Below, one piece after another: positions 51,979-64,000 of a stretch of 64,000 bases of DNA. Each line of letters starts with the position of its first letter. Position 1 is the first letter of the stretch. This stretch comes from Octopus sinensis. Lineage: Eukaryota. The stretch lies in contig NC_043004.1 in the NCBI RefSeq assembly GCF_006345805.1, positions 54,808,001 through 54,872,000 on the forward strand, in the 5' to 3' direction. The notes under the pieces are model-generated. The model was given only the letters and a program-made list of their open reading frames with translations, ran no database searches and was not told the DNA's origin. Position numbers and translations under genes: made by a program.

Positions 51979-53091
51979 ATTTGTAAGAAATGAAGTTCGA
52001 AAATGCTGCTATATTATACATTTTCAATTTTATATATACATTATAACATGTTTTCAGTTCCTGAAATGAACCTTATCAAAAGAAGTTGTATATAAAAAAA
52101 GACAGCTCATGCTCATGCCGTCAACACAAGAAATTCATTTACAATACACAACGGAGTCAGACATCTTAAAGTTCATATATAGTTTGAAGTAAGTTCATTC
52201 ATGCTATATGTTCAAAGTGTTCGATGCAGGCCCACGGTGGCGATACGTATTCAATATAAAAAAACAGATCAAGTGGTGGAAAGCAGTCAATACAGAGATT
52301 GATGTTCCCGAAAGAGCGAGGAATTCATTTTTACCTTGAGCAATTGTGATGACCCATGGTGGGTGTTCGCTGGGTGATTCTGGTGAGTCTCGTGAATTGT
52401 TCGGGTTTTATAATGCCTGTTAGGTGGTCAGTCCAGTGTAGCGTGACGTCATCAACGTTTTGACCAATCGTTTCGTTAGGTGGCTTTAGTCAAGCAGAAC
52501 GGGACGTCATCAACATTCTGTCCAATCGTGACCTATCGCTGTATTATAACTGCCTCTTGTCTGTATCCTGTTTTGATCAGTCGTTTCGTTAGGTGGCTTA
52601 GTTAAGCAGAACGGGACGTCATCAAGATTCTGACCAATCACGACTTATAGCTGTATTAGATAAAACCCGAACAATTCACAAGACTCACCAGAATCACCCA
52701 GCGCACACCCACCATAGGTCATCACAATTGCTCAAGGTAAAAATGAATTCCTCGCTCTTTCGGGAACATCAATCTTCTGTATTGACTGCTTTCCACCACT
52801 TTGATCTGTTTTTTATATTGAATACGTATCGCCACCGTGGGCCACTGCATCGAACACTTTGAACATATAGCATGAATGAACTTACTTCAAACTATATATG
52901 AACTTTAAGATGTCTGACTCCGTTGTGTATTGTAAATGAATTTCTTGTGTTTGACGGCATGAGCTGTCTTTTTTTATATACAACTTTTTTTGATAAGGTT
53001 CATTTCAGGAACTGAAACATGTTATAATGTATATATAAAAATTAAAAATTGTATAATATAGCAGCATTTTCGAACTTCATTTCTTACAAAT
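51979..53091. repeat. Large inverted repeat, ~432-bp arms (51979-52411 / 52660-53091), spacer with internal tandem repeats
   Basis: Direct reverse-complement match; the differences are mostly small indels. Confidence 0.9.
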
Positions 53092-53185
53092 GTGCGCGTG
53101 AATGTATGAATACACACACACACACACACACACATCTATTTCGCTCTCAAGCTACATATACATAAAAATGTATATATACATAATA

Positions 53186-53803
53186 CAAAATGCGACAGAA
53201 GTAACGCCCTTTTTGCATTTAATAACTTTTATAGTATACTAACAGTATCGCCCGGCGTTGCTCGGGTTTGTAAGGGAAATAACTATATAAGCATTTTTAT
53301 AGATGTAAAGTATAATAGCCATCTCAATATGGCTAACCACAAGGGGGTGGTGTTACTGTAGCTTTTTACGTTCTGAGATTTAATAATAAATTTTTAGAGA
53401 GTTACTTCCCTTACATATGCCAAAAATGCATTAAAAATGGGAAAAATTGATGGTAATTTTTTTTTAAATCGTAGACTCATCGTAGACGCGCGCTAATACC
53501 CAGAAGGGCTCGATATGAATCACGACTATAAGATACCCGGTTTTGGTTAAACTGCACCGAAAAATGTGGGAGTAGTTAGGAATCTAAATCGTAGGAGACA
53601 GACAGCACACAACCTCACTTTTATATATAAAGATAAATGTTTATTAAGTAATATTTTATTGAGCACAAATTTATTGCATTAGTTAAAGAAACGAATAATA
53701 AACTAATGAAAAACATCGTAGAAGCTTTAGGAAATAAAAAACGAAACTGAAATAGAAATGAGAAAACTCAAATACAACACAGCGTTATTTCTGCCGCACC
53801 CTG
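53186..53803. mobile_element. Tc1/mariner-type MITE hosting a Helitron
   Basis: TA|CAAAATGCGACAGAAGTAACGC (53186-53207) and GCGTTATTTCTGCCGCACCCTG|TA (53782-53803) are imperfect TIRs. Confidence 0.65.
53239..53633 (-). mobile_element. Non-autonomous Helitron-like element (second family)
   Basis: Minus strand starts A|TCTTTATATATAAAA, has the 3' hairpin CCCGAGCAACGCCGGG and ends TTAG|T (CTAG variant). Confidence 0.8.
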
Positions 53804-53819
53804 TATATAAAAATATAAT

Positions 53820-54070
53820 AAATGCACCCTTTTAAAGCCTAGCCGGGCTCATGGGCCCGGTTTCCCGGTTTCTGTGGCGTATGTGTTTCCCAGAAGGATG
53901 GGATGCCAGTCCATCGCAGCGTTACTCATTTTCCCCAGCTGAGTGAACTGGAGCAACATGATAATGAAGTGTTTTGCTCAAGAGCACAACGCGTCGCCAG
54001 GTCCAGGAATCGAAACCACAATCTTACGATCATGATGCTGACAGCCTAACCACTAAGCTACGCGCCTCCA
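53820..54070 (-). mobile_element. tRNA-headed SINE with a GCGATGGACTGGCATCCC central motif
   Basis: A-box-like and B-box-like head (GGTTTCGATTCC). The central motif resembles the V-SINE/mermaid domain (recalled, not searched). Confidence 0.8.
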
Positions 54071-54266
54071 CATGAATATTAGTAGTTCGTCCGTCGTTGT
54101 CGACGATAATCAAAAACTTCACACGGGAGAAGAAGCCTGGTCACGTGTGTCCGGCTGTGGCCGATTAGTCCGAACCGAGGTCAGAAGGATGTACCGCAGT
54201 GGTCGTCTGCTGGGACTGAGGGATAAAGATTTGGCTCTGGACTTGCACAGTTCACGTTCTCTTCGT

Positions 54267-55270
54267 ATGTATGTATGTATGTATGTATGTATGTATGTAT
54301 GTATGTATGTATGTATGTAGATCATCATTCAGTTTATTTCAAGATTTTTGCCAATAGTGAAAGAACCAGTTTTTAACCTAGATCCAAGGCTCCTTCAATG
54401 GAATTTCAACATCAACAACAGGGTATGTATGTATGTATGTCTGTCTGTATGTATGTATGTATGTATGTATGTATGTATGTATGCATGCATGTATGTATGT
54501 ATGTATGTATGTGTGTGTGTATGTATGTATGTATGTATGTATGTATGTAGATCATCATTCAGTTTATTTCAAGATTTTTGCCAATAGTGAAAGAACCAGT
54601 TTTTAACCTAGATCCAAGGCTCCTTCAATGGAATTTCAACATCAACAACAGGGTATGTATGTATGTATGTCTGTCTGTCTGTATGTATGTATGTATGTAT
54701 GTATGTATGTATGCATGCATGTATGTATGTATGTATGTATGTGTGTGTGTATGTATGTATGTATGTATGTATGTGTGTATGTATGTATGTTTGTATGTAT
54801 GTATGTATGTATGTATGTATGTATGTATGTGTGTGTGTGTATGTAGATTGTATGTATGTATGGTGTATGTATGTATGTATGTATGTATGTGTGTATGTAT
54901 GTATATATGTATGTATGTGTGTATGTATGATATGTATGTATGTATGTTATGTATATATGTATGTATATATGTAGTATGTATGTATGTATGTATGTATGTT
55001 GTATGTGTTATGTATGTATGTATGTATGTAGTCTGTATGTATGGTATGTATGTTTATGTGTGATGTATGTATGTATGTATGTATGTATGGTGTGTATGTA
55101 TGTATGTATGTATGTATGTATGTGTGTGTGTGTATGTATGTATGTGTGTATGTATGTATGTATGTTTGTATGTATGTGTGTATGTATGTATGTATGTATG
55201 TATGTATGTGTGTATGTATGTATGTATGTATGTATGTATGTATGTATGTATGTATGTGTATATGTATGAA
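54267..55270. repeat. ~1-kb (TATG)n-rich array containing a 230-bp tandem duplication (cores at 54319-54423 and 54549-54653)
   Basis: Seen directly in the sequence. Confidence 0.9.
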
Positions 55271-55354
55271 TGACGTAGATATGTATACTTATACAGGTTT
55301 TTAAGTATATATGCATATATTTACGCATATACCTATACATGTATACCTATAGCT

Positions 55355-56095
55355 GTTAGTACAGCTTCGCAAGGCAGGGAGGCCTTGCGCTTGCGTTTCC
55401 CATGTGTCGGGATTTATCTCAAAGCTCTTGAGCATGCATGGGCAACCAGCGGCCCGCGGGCCACATGCTGCCCACGACGAGTTTCTAGGCTACTAATTTG
55501 CAGCATAACCTAAGAGTAGCGACATCTCAAATTCTACTTAATATTGGAAATATGGTAAAGAATATGAATATGCAAAACTTTCATTGATACAGATAATGAA
55601 ATCTTTCTTTAATAAAATATCAATGGATTTTCTCTTTTTATTTTACTTCAATATTTTAAACTATAATTTATCTACACTTGTAATCATGATTATTATCATA
55701 AGGATATAATGAAAGAGATGCCAGCTTAACGTAAACCTTCATACTAAGACAAATAAAATCAAGAAGAACTGCAAAAACTTCAGTGTAAAGTGGGCAAGTA
55801 ATATTATATGCACATGTGTTAAATCATGCGGCCCTCTCTCACTTGGAAATGGTACGATGCGGCCTCCAGTTGACGAAAAGTTGCCCATCCCTGTACTTGA
55901 GTAAGGTTTTGAATGTGACCTTGAAGCGCTTTTTTCTGTCCACCTTACGTGGACTTACCTTCTGCCAGTTCCCTGTAAAATAGTCTCTTGGAGATTCGAG
56001 TGTCAGGCATTCAAACAAAGTGGCCTGCATAACTGACGCGCTCTTCTCAGCAGTGTGGACATGCTTGGCAAATTAGCTCGAGACAGGAACCTTCC
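55355..56095 (-). mobile_element. RTE LINE C-terminal fragment interrupted by a hAT MITE
   Basis: GHFV*MPDTRISKRLFYRELAEGK..GGQKKRFK, continuing as LKSFEINPDTWETQAQ on the other side of the MITE. Confidence 0.75.
55433..55893. mobile_element. hAT (Charlie-like) MITE
   Basis: TIRs CATGCATGGGCAAC / GTTGCCCATCCCTG, GCGGCCC subterminal motifs, and an 8-bp TSD-like pair CTCTTGAG / TACTTGAG. Confidence 0.82.
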
Positions 56096-56121
56096 CCCCT
56101 CTCTCTCCATATATATGTATA

Positions 56122-56185
<64 letters not shown>

Positions 56186-56625
56186 GAAATTTTTTGTATC
56201 TCTGCCGTAAGGCTTCATTTCCACACGCGCCAGCTTAATTCAATTCGTCCTTGGTCGAAAGACACCTGTTCTTATGTCCTGTTATTATTTTTATTCTATT
56301 TTAAAAATTGTTTTTATATTTGTGTAACATTGTCCGTTTTTTCCGTCCTTGTTTTTGTATACATTCGCTGCTTTCTTCCAAGGAATCTAATGGTCTTAGC
56401 TTAGTTTTTCCTTGGGGCTGGCCAGATTAGAGCAATCTCAAGAATAATCAGCCGAAATTGCGAGGATAATCTGGTGCTTGACTGAGGAAAGAAAACTTCG
56501 AATGACTCGTCCTTATTTTCTTTGTATCGTCTATCTAGATGCTTTGTTGTCCCTTTTTGTATCACCTAGCTGTCCGGATGTTTTGCGTTCCCATTTTATA
56601 CTTTATATATATATACTATATATAT

Positions 56626-56666
<41 letters not shown>

Positions 56667-57149
56667 TATATATATATATATCGAGAGAGAGAGACAGGGA
56701 AAGAGGGAGAGAAAGACAGACAGAGCGTGTGAGAGAGAGAAAAAATATAGAAAAAAAAAGAAAATGCTGTGACAACTTTATCTTGGAATAAAAGCAAAAC
56801 AGTATTTACATTTTTAACTATGCAGTTACCAGTTTCGATCGTTTTAAGAAGACGACCTAGTCATGCTGAAATAAAATGAAAAATAAATTGTAATAAAATT
56901 AATCAGTTCTAGAAGTTCTATATGTTTTCCATGCAAAGATCACAAGGTGTTGCATTTCTATGGTTGATGAGTAACTGCTGGCGGCAGCGGTAATAATCTT
57001 CACTCATTTACCCTTTCTTTTTCTCTCTTACACGTATCATTATAATTTTGACATTCCTTCATACAATGAATAAAATTTACTTCATTGCGAGCATCGATAT
57101 AAAAACTACTAATTATGAAGGAGGAATAATATCGATTTCAAATCTTGGT

Positions 57150-57310
57150 GCAATGCCAGTAAATTTTGTGGGAGGGGGCAAGTTGATTACATCGATTCCA
57201 GCGTTGCAATATCGACATCGGCGGAATTTGAACTCACCACGTAAAGACGGACGAAATGCCGATAAGCATTTTGCCAGGCGTGCTGACGTTTCGACCAGCT
57301 CGACGCCTTA
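57150..57310 (-). mobile_element. Old SINE family B-related copy
   Basis: CGGCGGAATTTGAACTC..GACGAAATGCCG.TAAGCATTT motif. Confidence 0.65.
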
Positions 57311-57585
57311 CCATGAAGAAATATCATTAAAATAATATACTCAGCTTGTTTACATTGGGAACTGTTATTTTTTGTATTTACACTAGGTTTCATTCTCTCT
57401 CTCTCCCTCTCTCTCTTTATATATGTATATATGTATATATATATAATATATATATATTTACATACACACGCATATTTGAAATTATAAACACGTACACACG
57501 CACACACAAACATTTTTTTCATCTACGACATTCGACAAAAAGACACTGAAAATGCATTAACTATAATAAAATATAAAATTAATAA

Positions 57586-57590
57586 TAATG

Positions 57591-57686
<96 letters not shown>

Positions 57687-57697
57687 TAATAATAAAT
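57586..57697. repeat. (AAT)n microsatellite without an insertion
   Basis: Seen directly in the sequence. Confidence 0.95.
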
Positions 57698-58896
57698 AAG
57701 ACGTATAATATAGAATAAAAATATATTTAAAACAGACGAACAGGAATTACATAAACAATTGACTTCTTGTCATATCCGTTTTGTTATGTGATTTAATGGC
57801 AAATGATGTGTGCAGCGATGTGTGACGTGTGCAATAGTATGTGCAATGGTCTGTGAAGGGCTGTGTATGTAGTGATGCATATCTGTCATGTCAACATGTA
57901 ATGTTGGCATCTGTCGACTCTTCATGTGATATTTATTGATTTAAAATTTCATTAATATTTTTTTTTATCCTATAATTACGTGTTCTTTTTTTTCTCACAA
58001 CTAACTTTCGGTATTTGATTTTCTGTTTTGCTTTACCTCCATCCATTCTCCGCACAGAATGTGTGCAAGTGTGTTGTGTGAGTGTGTGTGTCTCTCGCTT
58101 TGTGTGTGTGTGCATACATGCATACGCACACATATAATACATACATACATACATACATACATACACACACACATACATACACACACACACATATATATAC
58201 GTGTATATAGATATATATGTATATATATGTGTGTACATATATTTGTATATATATATCTATATCTATATATATATGTACATATATATATATGTCTCTATAT
58301 ATATATATCACACACACATATATATATTATAGTATAGTATAGAATATTATATATATTATATAAATGCATACAGTCAGGTTGATAGATATTTATATATATG
58401 TCTAGGCATGTGGTCTCGGTCAGACGGCATTTAACACAAAACCATAAGCCTCGTAGCAGTTACACACTTAGTTTAATTGCCACTGGGACGGTATTTATTT
58501 TACATCCGTCCAAGTATCGATAAAATGAACACTAGTAAGCCTGGCGTAGTGAATAAAGACGGCTTCAGTCCGTTATGTACCACATCTACCCACTTTCTAT
58601 CAAATGCATGATTGCCGTGTAAGGCCTCTGTCTCTCAGAGTTGACCATGTGTCTAAATACGAATGCGAATGTATGAGTAAATTTTACTTTATGAAAGACC
58701 GCCAGTTGCTCTTCTGTGCTGCAAGTCTGCAAGTCTGCAAAGTCTGCAAGACTCCCCTTACTACGTCACCAATGTTGCCCAAAGAAAAGGCTGCTGCCGA
58801 CGTACTTTGGCTGATATTAGTTGTCATCAGTATCAATGCTATGTATTATATAGTCACATGCATCTGTGTGTGTATATGCGCGTGTGTCTGCGTTTG

Positions 58897-58966
<70 letters not shown>

Positions 58967-59007
58967 GTAGATATATATCTAATATATAGATATTTGTCTG
59001 TATATAC

Positions 59008-59039
<32 letters not shown>

Positions 59040-59103
59040 GGCAATAAGAAAATGGAGGGGATCAATAGGTGATTTATCAACTTTTAGACATTATATTATG
59101 TCA

Positions 59104-59238
59104 ACTTATTTATTTATTTATTAAAATGACAATTACAAGAATATACATACATGTATAACATATTATGCTTTATATATAAAATGTTATACATGTATATATA
59201 TTCTTGTAATTGTCATTTTAGTAAATAAATAAATAAGT
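59104..59238. repeat. Hairpin, 58-bp arms (59104-59161 / 59181-59238)
   Basis: Reverse-complement match with about 2 mismatches. Confidence 0.88.
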
Positions 59239-59279
59239 GTAAATATATATATGTATACGTGTAAATATATATATGTATA

Positions 59280-59663
59280 CGAGCAAAACGTCCCCCCCCG
59301 CCCAATGAATGGTGCTGAGTTGTCAAACATTTAAACCAAATTTTCTCAAAACAACTTATCCGACCGTCCCATAGACCTCCCCTTTGAGAAACACTGATTT
59401 AACATAAATTTAAGACACCGTGCATTTTTCTCGCGTACGCGTAGTATCGATCGCAACAGCTGATATACTTGCACGTACAAATGCACGTTCCCACGGCTTT
59501 ATCGATCACATTCTCACTTGGAATCGATTTTTGTAATTTTTTCAAGACTTATACACGCCCTGATACCGTCGGTATTTACATATCAAATTTGAGCGCAATC
59601 GGATGGAGAATGCCCGATATCCTAGGAGACAGACAGACAGACAAAACGGATTTTATATAATAT
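59280..59663 (-). mobile_element. Non-autonomous Helitron-like element, same family as 27928-28292
   Basis: Homologous body, (CTGT)n near the 5' end, ends CTCG|T. Confidence 0.75.
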
Positions 59664-60111
59664 ATATATATGTGTGTATATATATATTTAAGATCCAAGG
59701 ATGGAGGTGTAGGCAATCCGTAGTAAATATAGAAATCAACTTTCAGGGACAATAATGACTTATTGAGACGGAAGGTTGTGTATTTTTTTTTCCTTGTCGA
59801 AGTACGATAAATTGAAAAAAGCTATTTTATATTTCACGGTGGGCAATCTAAATTAGCGGGTATGCAAATAAGAATGCAAGAGTTGAGGAATATATATATA
59901 CACAGCCAGAACTATGCCAAGAGCTTGGGAGTTAAATTTACGATTTTTCGGTTTTCTGTGAATCTATTTTCATGAAACTTTTCCCAGCAGGTTTGCACAC
60001 TATAGGAACACTCTTATGTTTTCCTTATTCTGTGTAACATCCTTTCTTTTTAGATTCAAATTCTTCAGGGTTTTTTGGGGAGGAGGACACGTTAAAAGCG
60101 TCTCTCTCTAA

Positions 60112-61105
60112 GGGCAAAGGGACGTGGAAAAGTCCTTAACGATGAAGAAATGTCTGTCATTATCAAGGAAAGTGCTAAAGGCACCTCTCTTAATGTCATT
60201 ACGAAGAAGTTAGACCGTCATGTGGACACCCTTAGACGATTCCTGAAGGAACCTCCGCCAAGGAGGAAACGATCCGATTGTGGGATCTCAAAGACTGTGA
60301 CAGCTATGAATTTAAGGAATATTGTCCGCAAGATACGTGGAAAACCTGGACATACAAGCAAAGTCATTTTCACCGCCTCCGGACTTCCTCATGTACCGAA
60401 AACCACCAGAAATTGCATCCTCGGGGCCATGGCTTCCGTGCGAGAACCCCTGAAACTGCCTCCTTTAACACTCCGTCATGGGAGTTAGGGGCTTCAATAG
60501 GCCCAAAAGTACATGACGTTAGACACGAGTTGTGTTCTGTTCGCTGACGAAAGCAAGGCGACCCTTGATGGACCTGACAGTTGGGAAAATGGTTGGGTCT
60601 ATTTTGGAGATGTCATCAACAAGGTGGAATCATGTTGTGGGCTGGTATCATTGGGGACAGACTTGATGGCCCGGTCAGGGGGCTTAAAGGGGTTAAAGTG
60701 ACCGCAGCCGCCTACTGCAAACACCTGAAGGATGTCTTGGATTCCTGGCTAGATGACATACTGCTGTCACTTCTAAGGAATCTCGCATTAATGCATGACA
60801 ACACTCCCTTCCCCTCCGCTAGGACCACCCAAACATTACTTGGGTCTTACGGCATACAAGGTGAAAGGTTGATGGTTAGGCCGCCAGCATCTCCGGATCT
60901 CAACCCTACCGAAAATCTTTGGTCCATCATTAAACAAGATGCTTATGCCGATGGACGCCAATTTACCCCGAAAGATGTTTTATGGGTAACCATCAGAGCT
61001 GCAGCAGAGACATTCCAACCTGTTACTATTAAGAAATTGACAGATTCCATGACTAATATGGTTTTTTAAGTTATCCGTCGAAATGGCGCTCATGTGGCTA
61101 AATAA
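60112..61105 (+). pseudogene. Tc1-like DD37E transposase pseudogene
   Basis: HTH region, VLFADES..LDGPD.W, then MHDN...SPDLNPTEN with 37 residues counted between the second D and the E. Frameshifted. Confidence 0.88.
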
Positions 61106-61246
61106 TTCATTATGTCAATAAATGTTATGTATCATTACCCTTCATTTCCTGAAAAAATATCTACATGGGCTATTTTCATTCAAAAGCTATTAGCGAGGTT
61201 TACCCAAAACCTGAAGAATCTGAAATAAAAATGAAAGTACGTTACA

Positions 61247-61433
61247 CAGAGTGGCTGTGTGGTAAGAAGCTTGCTTCCCAACCATTATGGTTCTGGGTTC
61301 AGCCCCACTGCGTGGAACCTTGGGCAAGTATCTTCTACTATAGCCTGGGGCCGACCAAAGCCTTGTGAGTGGATTTGGTAAGTGGCAACTGAAAGAAGCT
61401 CGGCTCGACGTATGTATGTATGTAGTATGTATG

Positions 61434-61489
<56 letters not shown>

Positions 61490-61970
61490 ATATATATATA
61501 TATTTATATAGTAAATAAAAAAAAACACAATAAAAACAAAAATGGGAGAACGTGGTACATGTAAAGTATTAGCAAACGCTCAGGGAAAGAAAGAAAGGTG
61601 GTTTTACGTTTCGAGAAAAGCTCTCTTCAGAAACAGAGGAAAGTCCAACAGAAAAGGAAGACGGAGGAAAAGATATATATATATATATATATATATTAAT
61701 ATACATACATATATATATATACACATATATATATACACACATATATATATATGGATGTATTAGTGTGTCTGTATTTATCCCCCCCCCCAACATCGCTTGA
61801 CAGCTGCTGCTGGTGTGTTTTAGTCCCAGTAACTTAATGGTACTGCAAAAGAGACTGATATAATAAGTACTAGGCTTACAAAGAATAAGTTCTGAGGTGA
61901 ATTTGCTCGACTAAAGGCGGTGCTCCAGCATGGCTGCAATCAAATGACTAAAACAAAGTAAAAGAATACA
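61247..61970 (+). mobile_element. SINE family A-related copy split at its internal microsatellite by a hammerhead-bearing segment
   Basis: Head at 61247-61410 and tail at about 61765-61970, with an unrelated segment at about 61510-61675 in between. Confidence 0.75.
61601..61634 (-). ncRNA. Minimal type-I hammerhead ribozyme motif (Penelope-like terminal-repeat type)
   Basis: 5'-GTTT CTGAAGA GAG CTTTT CTC GAAA C GTA AAAC-3'. All core nucleotides are present, stem II closes with G-C, the triplet is GUA, and stem III is a palindromic ACGT with no loop. Confidence 0.65.
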
Positions 61971-62115
61971 GGAATTTTTTTAAATGGTGTTGCCATAGTG
62001 TGCAAACCAGCTGGAAAAGATTTTTTCAAAATCGATTTACAGAAAACCGAGAAATCCTAAATTTCACTCCTAAGGTATTAGCATATATATACATATATAT
62101 ATATAATAATATAAC

Positions 62116-62707
62116 AATAATAATGAAATTATTGTATACAGTGCTCAGGTGCACCACAACTTGTCAAAAGTGCGTATAAAGCATATGCAGTAATGTCTGG
62201 AAAGTGAACAGTGTATGAGTCAGATACATGCTTGTGTGTGTATGGAGGGGAGAAAATCAGGTGTGGTGTTGGTGAATCTCAGGAAGCATGGAAGTTTTGA
62301 AGGATGCAGTGCTCCGATAATTAACAACTGATGCCGACAGTTCGTTCCATACTTCAGCAACTCTTAGCGTGAAAAAATGTTTCCGAAAGTCATGGGAGCT
62401 GTGCTGTTTTCTGACTTTGTAAACATGCCCATGGGTGTTAGACAGGTGGAGTTTGAAAAGGTGCTCAGAGTTATAGTAAGTAAGATGGTTAATAATTTTA
62501 TGGGTGTCTGCCAAGTCAACTGCCAGACGTCGGAGTTTCAATGTATCCATGCCCAGAGAAGTAAGGCGTTCAGAATACGGCAAATGCCTCATGGACGGTA
62601 TTCTCTGGGTTGCACGTCGCTGAACGGTTTCCAGGCGATTAATATCCTGGGCAAGATAGGGATTCTAGACAGGTGATGCAAATTCTAGGTGAGGCCACAC
62701 CTGGAAT
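62116..62707 (-). mobile_element. 5'-truncated CR1-type LINE (C-terminus + 3' UTR)
   Basis: PHLEFASPV, LETVQRRAT, LPYSERLTSLGMDTLKLRR, RKHFFTLRVAEVWN. Confidence 0.88.
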
Positions 62708-62791
62708 TTGCATCTATATATAGAGAGAGAGAGAGAAAGAGAGACAGAGAGAGAGTACATAAGTGTCTGTGGGAAGGAGAAAGGATTATAT

Positions 62792-62831
<40 letters not shown>

Positions 62832-63126
62832 AACAATTGTAGATATATATATAAGTATATTTTCGCTTTTGTATATTAAAGAACAGAGCCAGCAAGTAGA
62901 ATACGAATGCGTGTGAGAAAGAGAGGAGAGACAGAGAAAGATAAAATTATTGAGATAAGACAGAAGTAGGGCTGTCAGAACGCAATGGGTCTGAGGAATA
63001 TGTTCTAACATTATCAGAAATCCACCAACCAACAGCTCTCAATTATGGGCTACTGTTTTGTTTTTCGTCAGTTTTTTGTTGTTGCTTTTTTTTTGTCATC
63101 GACCCTGAAAGGATAAACGGTCAATT

Positions 63127-63511
63127 GGGGAAGCACTCCGTCGGTTACGACGATGAGGGTTCCGGTTGATCCGAATCAACGGAACAGCCTGCTCGTGAAA
63201 TTAACGTGTAAGTGGCTGAGCACTCCACTGACCCGTGCACCCTTAACGTAGTTCTCGGGGATATTCTGCGTGACACAGAGAGTGACAAGGCCGGCCCCTT
63301 GAAATACAGGTACAACAGAAACAGGAAGTAAGAGTGAGAGAAAGTTGTGGTGAAAGAGTACAGCAGGGATCACCACCATCCCCTGCCGGAGCCTCGTGGA
63401 GGTTTTAAGTGTTTTCGCTCAATAAACACTCACAACGCCCGGTCTAGGAATCGAAACCGCGATCCTATGACCGCGAGTCCGCTGCCCTAACCACTGGGCC
63501 ATTGCGCCTCC
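63127..63511 (-). mobile_element. SINE family C, full length, inserted in an old family B copy
   Basis: tRNA-like head TGGAGGCGCAATGGCCCAGTGGTTAGG..GGTTTCGATTCC; 12-bp TSD AAACGGTCAATT at 63115-63126 and 63512-63523. Confidence 0.93.
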
Positions 63512-64000
63512 AAACGGTCAATTATAACCTCGATGGGATTTGATCTCGAAGCGTAGAAAACCGGAACAAATATCCCGTAACATTTTATCCTACACTCTAA
63601 CGAATCTGCCAATTCACAGCATTGTGAGACATTGTGCCAAGTTTAAAATCAATATCCAGTTTTCACAATAATCCAATTTCTACAAGCAACAAAAAAAAAG
63701 TGCCATTTATTTATGAAAGGCTGTGTCAGTTATAAATTGCTGTTTGTCGGTATTATTCTGTTTATTTAAACGAATAAATAACAATAAATTCATGAATACA
63801 CAAGAATACAAGACATCAAATTTTAAATCTTGAGATCTTCCCATAATTCTGTGTTCTTTTCTATTTTTTCTTCCTTTCCTGCTACATTCTTGTAAATTAT
63901 ATAGATGAGTTAGTTGCGGGGTGTCAGGGATTTCTTTACAGATAGTCCCACTTCCCACTCCCTTCTCATCCATTTTCATCATCTCTCTCTCTTCTCTCTC

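Noticed and set aside
55960-55980. Perfect minus-strand donor AAG|GTAAGT
   Set aside because: It lies inside a decayed RTE coding fragment; likely coincidental.
56478-56510. CTGAGGA-AAG-AAAA-CTT-CGAAT hammerhead-like string
   Set aside because: GAAA is broken and no convincing stem I or III or cleavage triplet follows.
58604-58770. Possible BED-finger/hAT relic (FYFMKDRQLLFC..CKVCK)
   Set aside because: The CK repetition comes from a CTGCAAGT tandem duplication, and similarity is too weak to call without a search.
63127-63511. tRNA genes at SINE heads
   Set aside because: The heads have A/B-box-like motifs but lack a complete cloverleaf and acceptor stem, and are fused to SINE bodies.
63707-63982. 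91-aa minus-strand ORF at the window end
   Set aside because: No recognisable motif and no supporting splice structure; cannot be assessed at the window edge.

Overview
AT-rich, microsatellite-saturated animal genomic DNA. The SINE and LINE repertoire suggests an octopus (inference, not verified). No host protein-coding gene can be called with confidence: every long ORF belongs to a transposon, and most short ORFs are microsatellite artefacts. Retroelements: a near-full-length, decayed L1/Tx1-type LINE (5.0-11.0 kb, minus), a near-intact RTE LINE (29.1-33.0 kb), CR1 and RTE fragments, a Ty3/Gypsy gag relic and at least 4 tRNA-headed SINE families, several with clean target-site duplications (TSDs). 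DNA elements: a mariner (1.8-3.0 kb), a DD37E Tc1-like element (59.9-61.1 kb), three non-autonomous Helitrons, and hAT and Tc1/mariner MITEs. Best leads: (1) a 14.6-20.9 kb stack of same-orientation R4/Dong restriction-like-endonuclease LINE copies, plus a non-coding passenger element, each sitting in (TAA)n; (2) three hammerhead-ribozyme-like motifs in different repeats (36.8, 47.0, 61.6 kb); (3) many long inverted repeats, including a TA-flanked long-TIR family present twice; (4) weak candidate exon chains at 38-39 kb (minus) and 26.7-28.5 kb (plus). All coordinates were read by eye, so element edges are approximate unless a TSD or motif is quoted.
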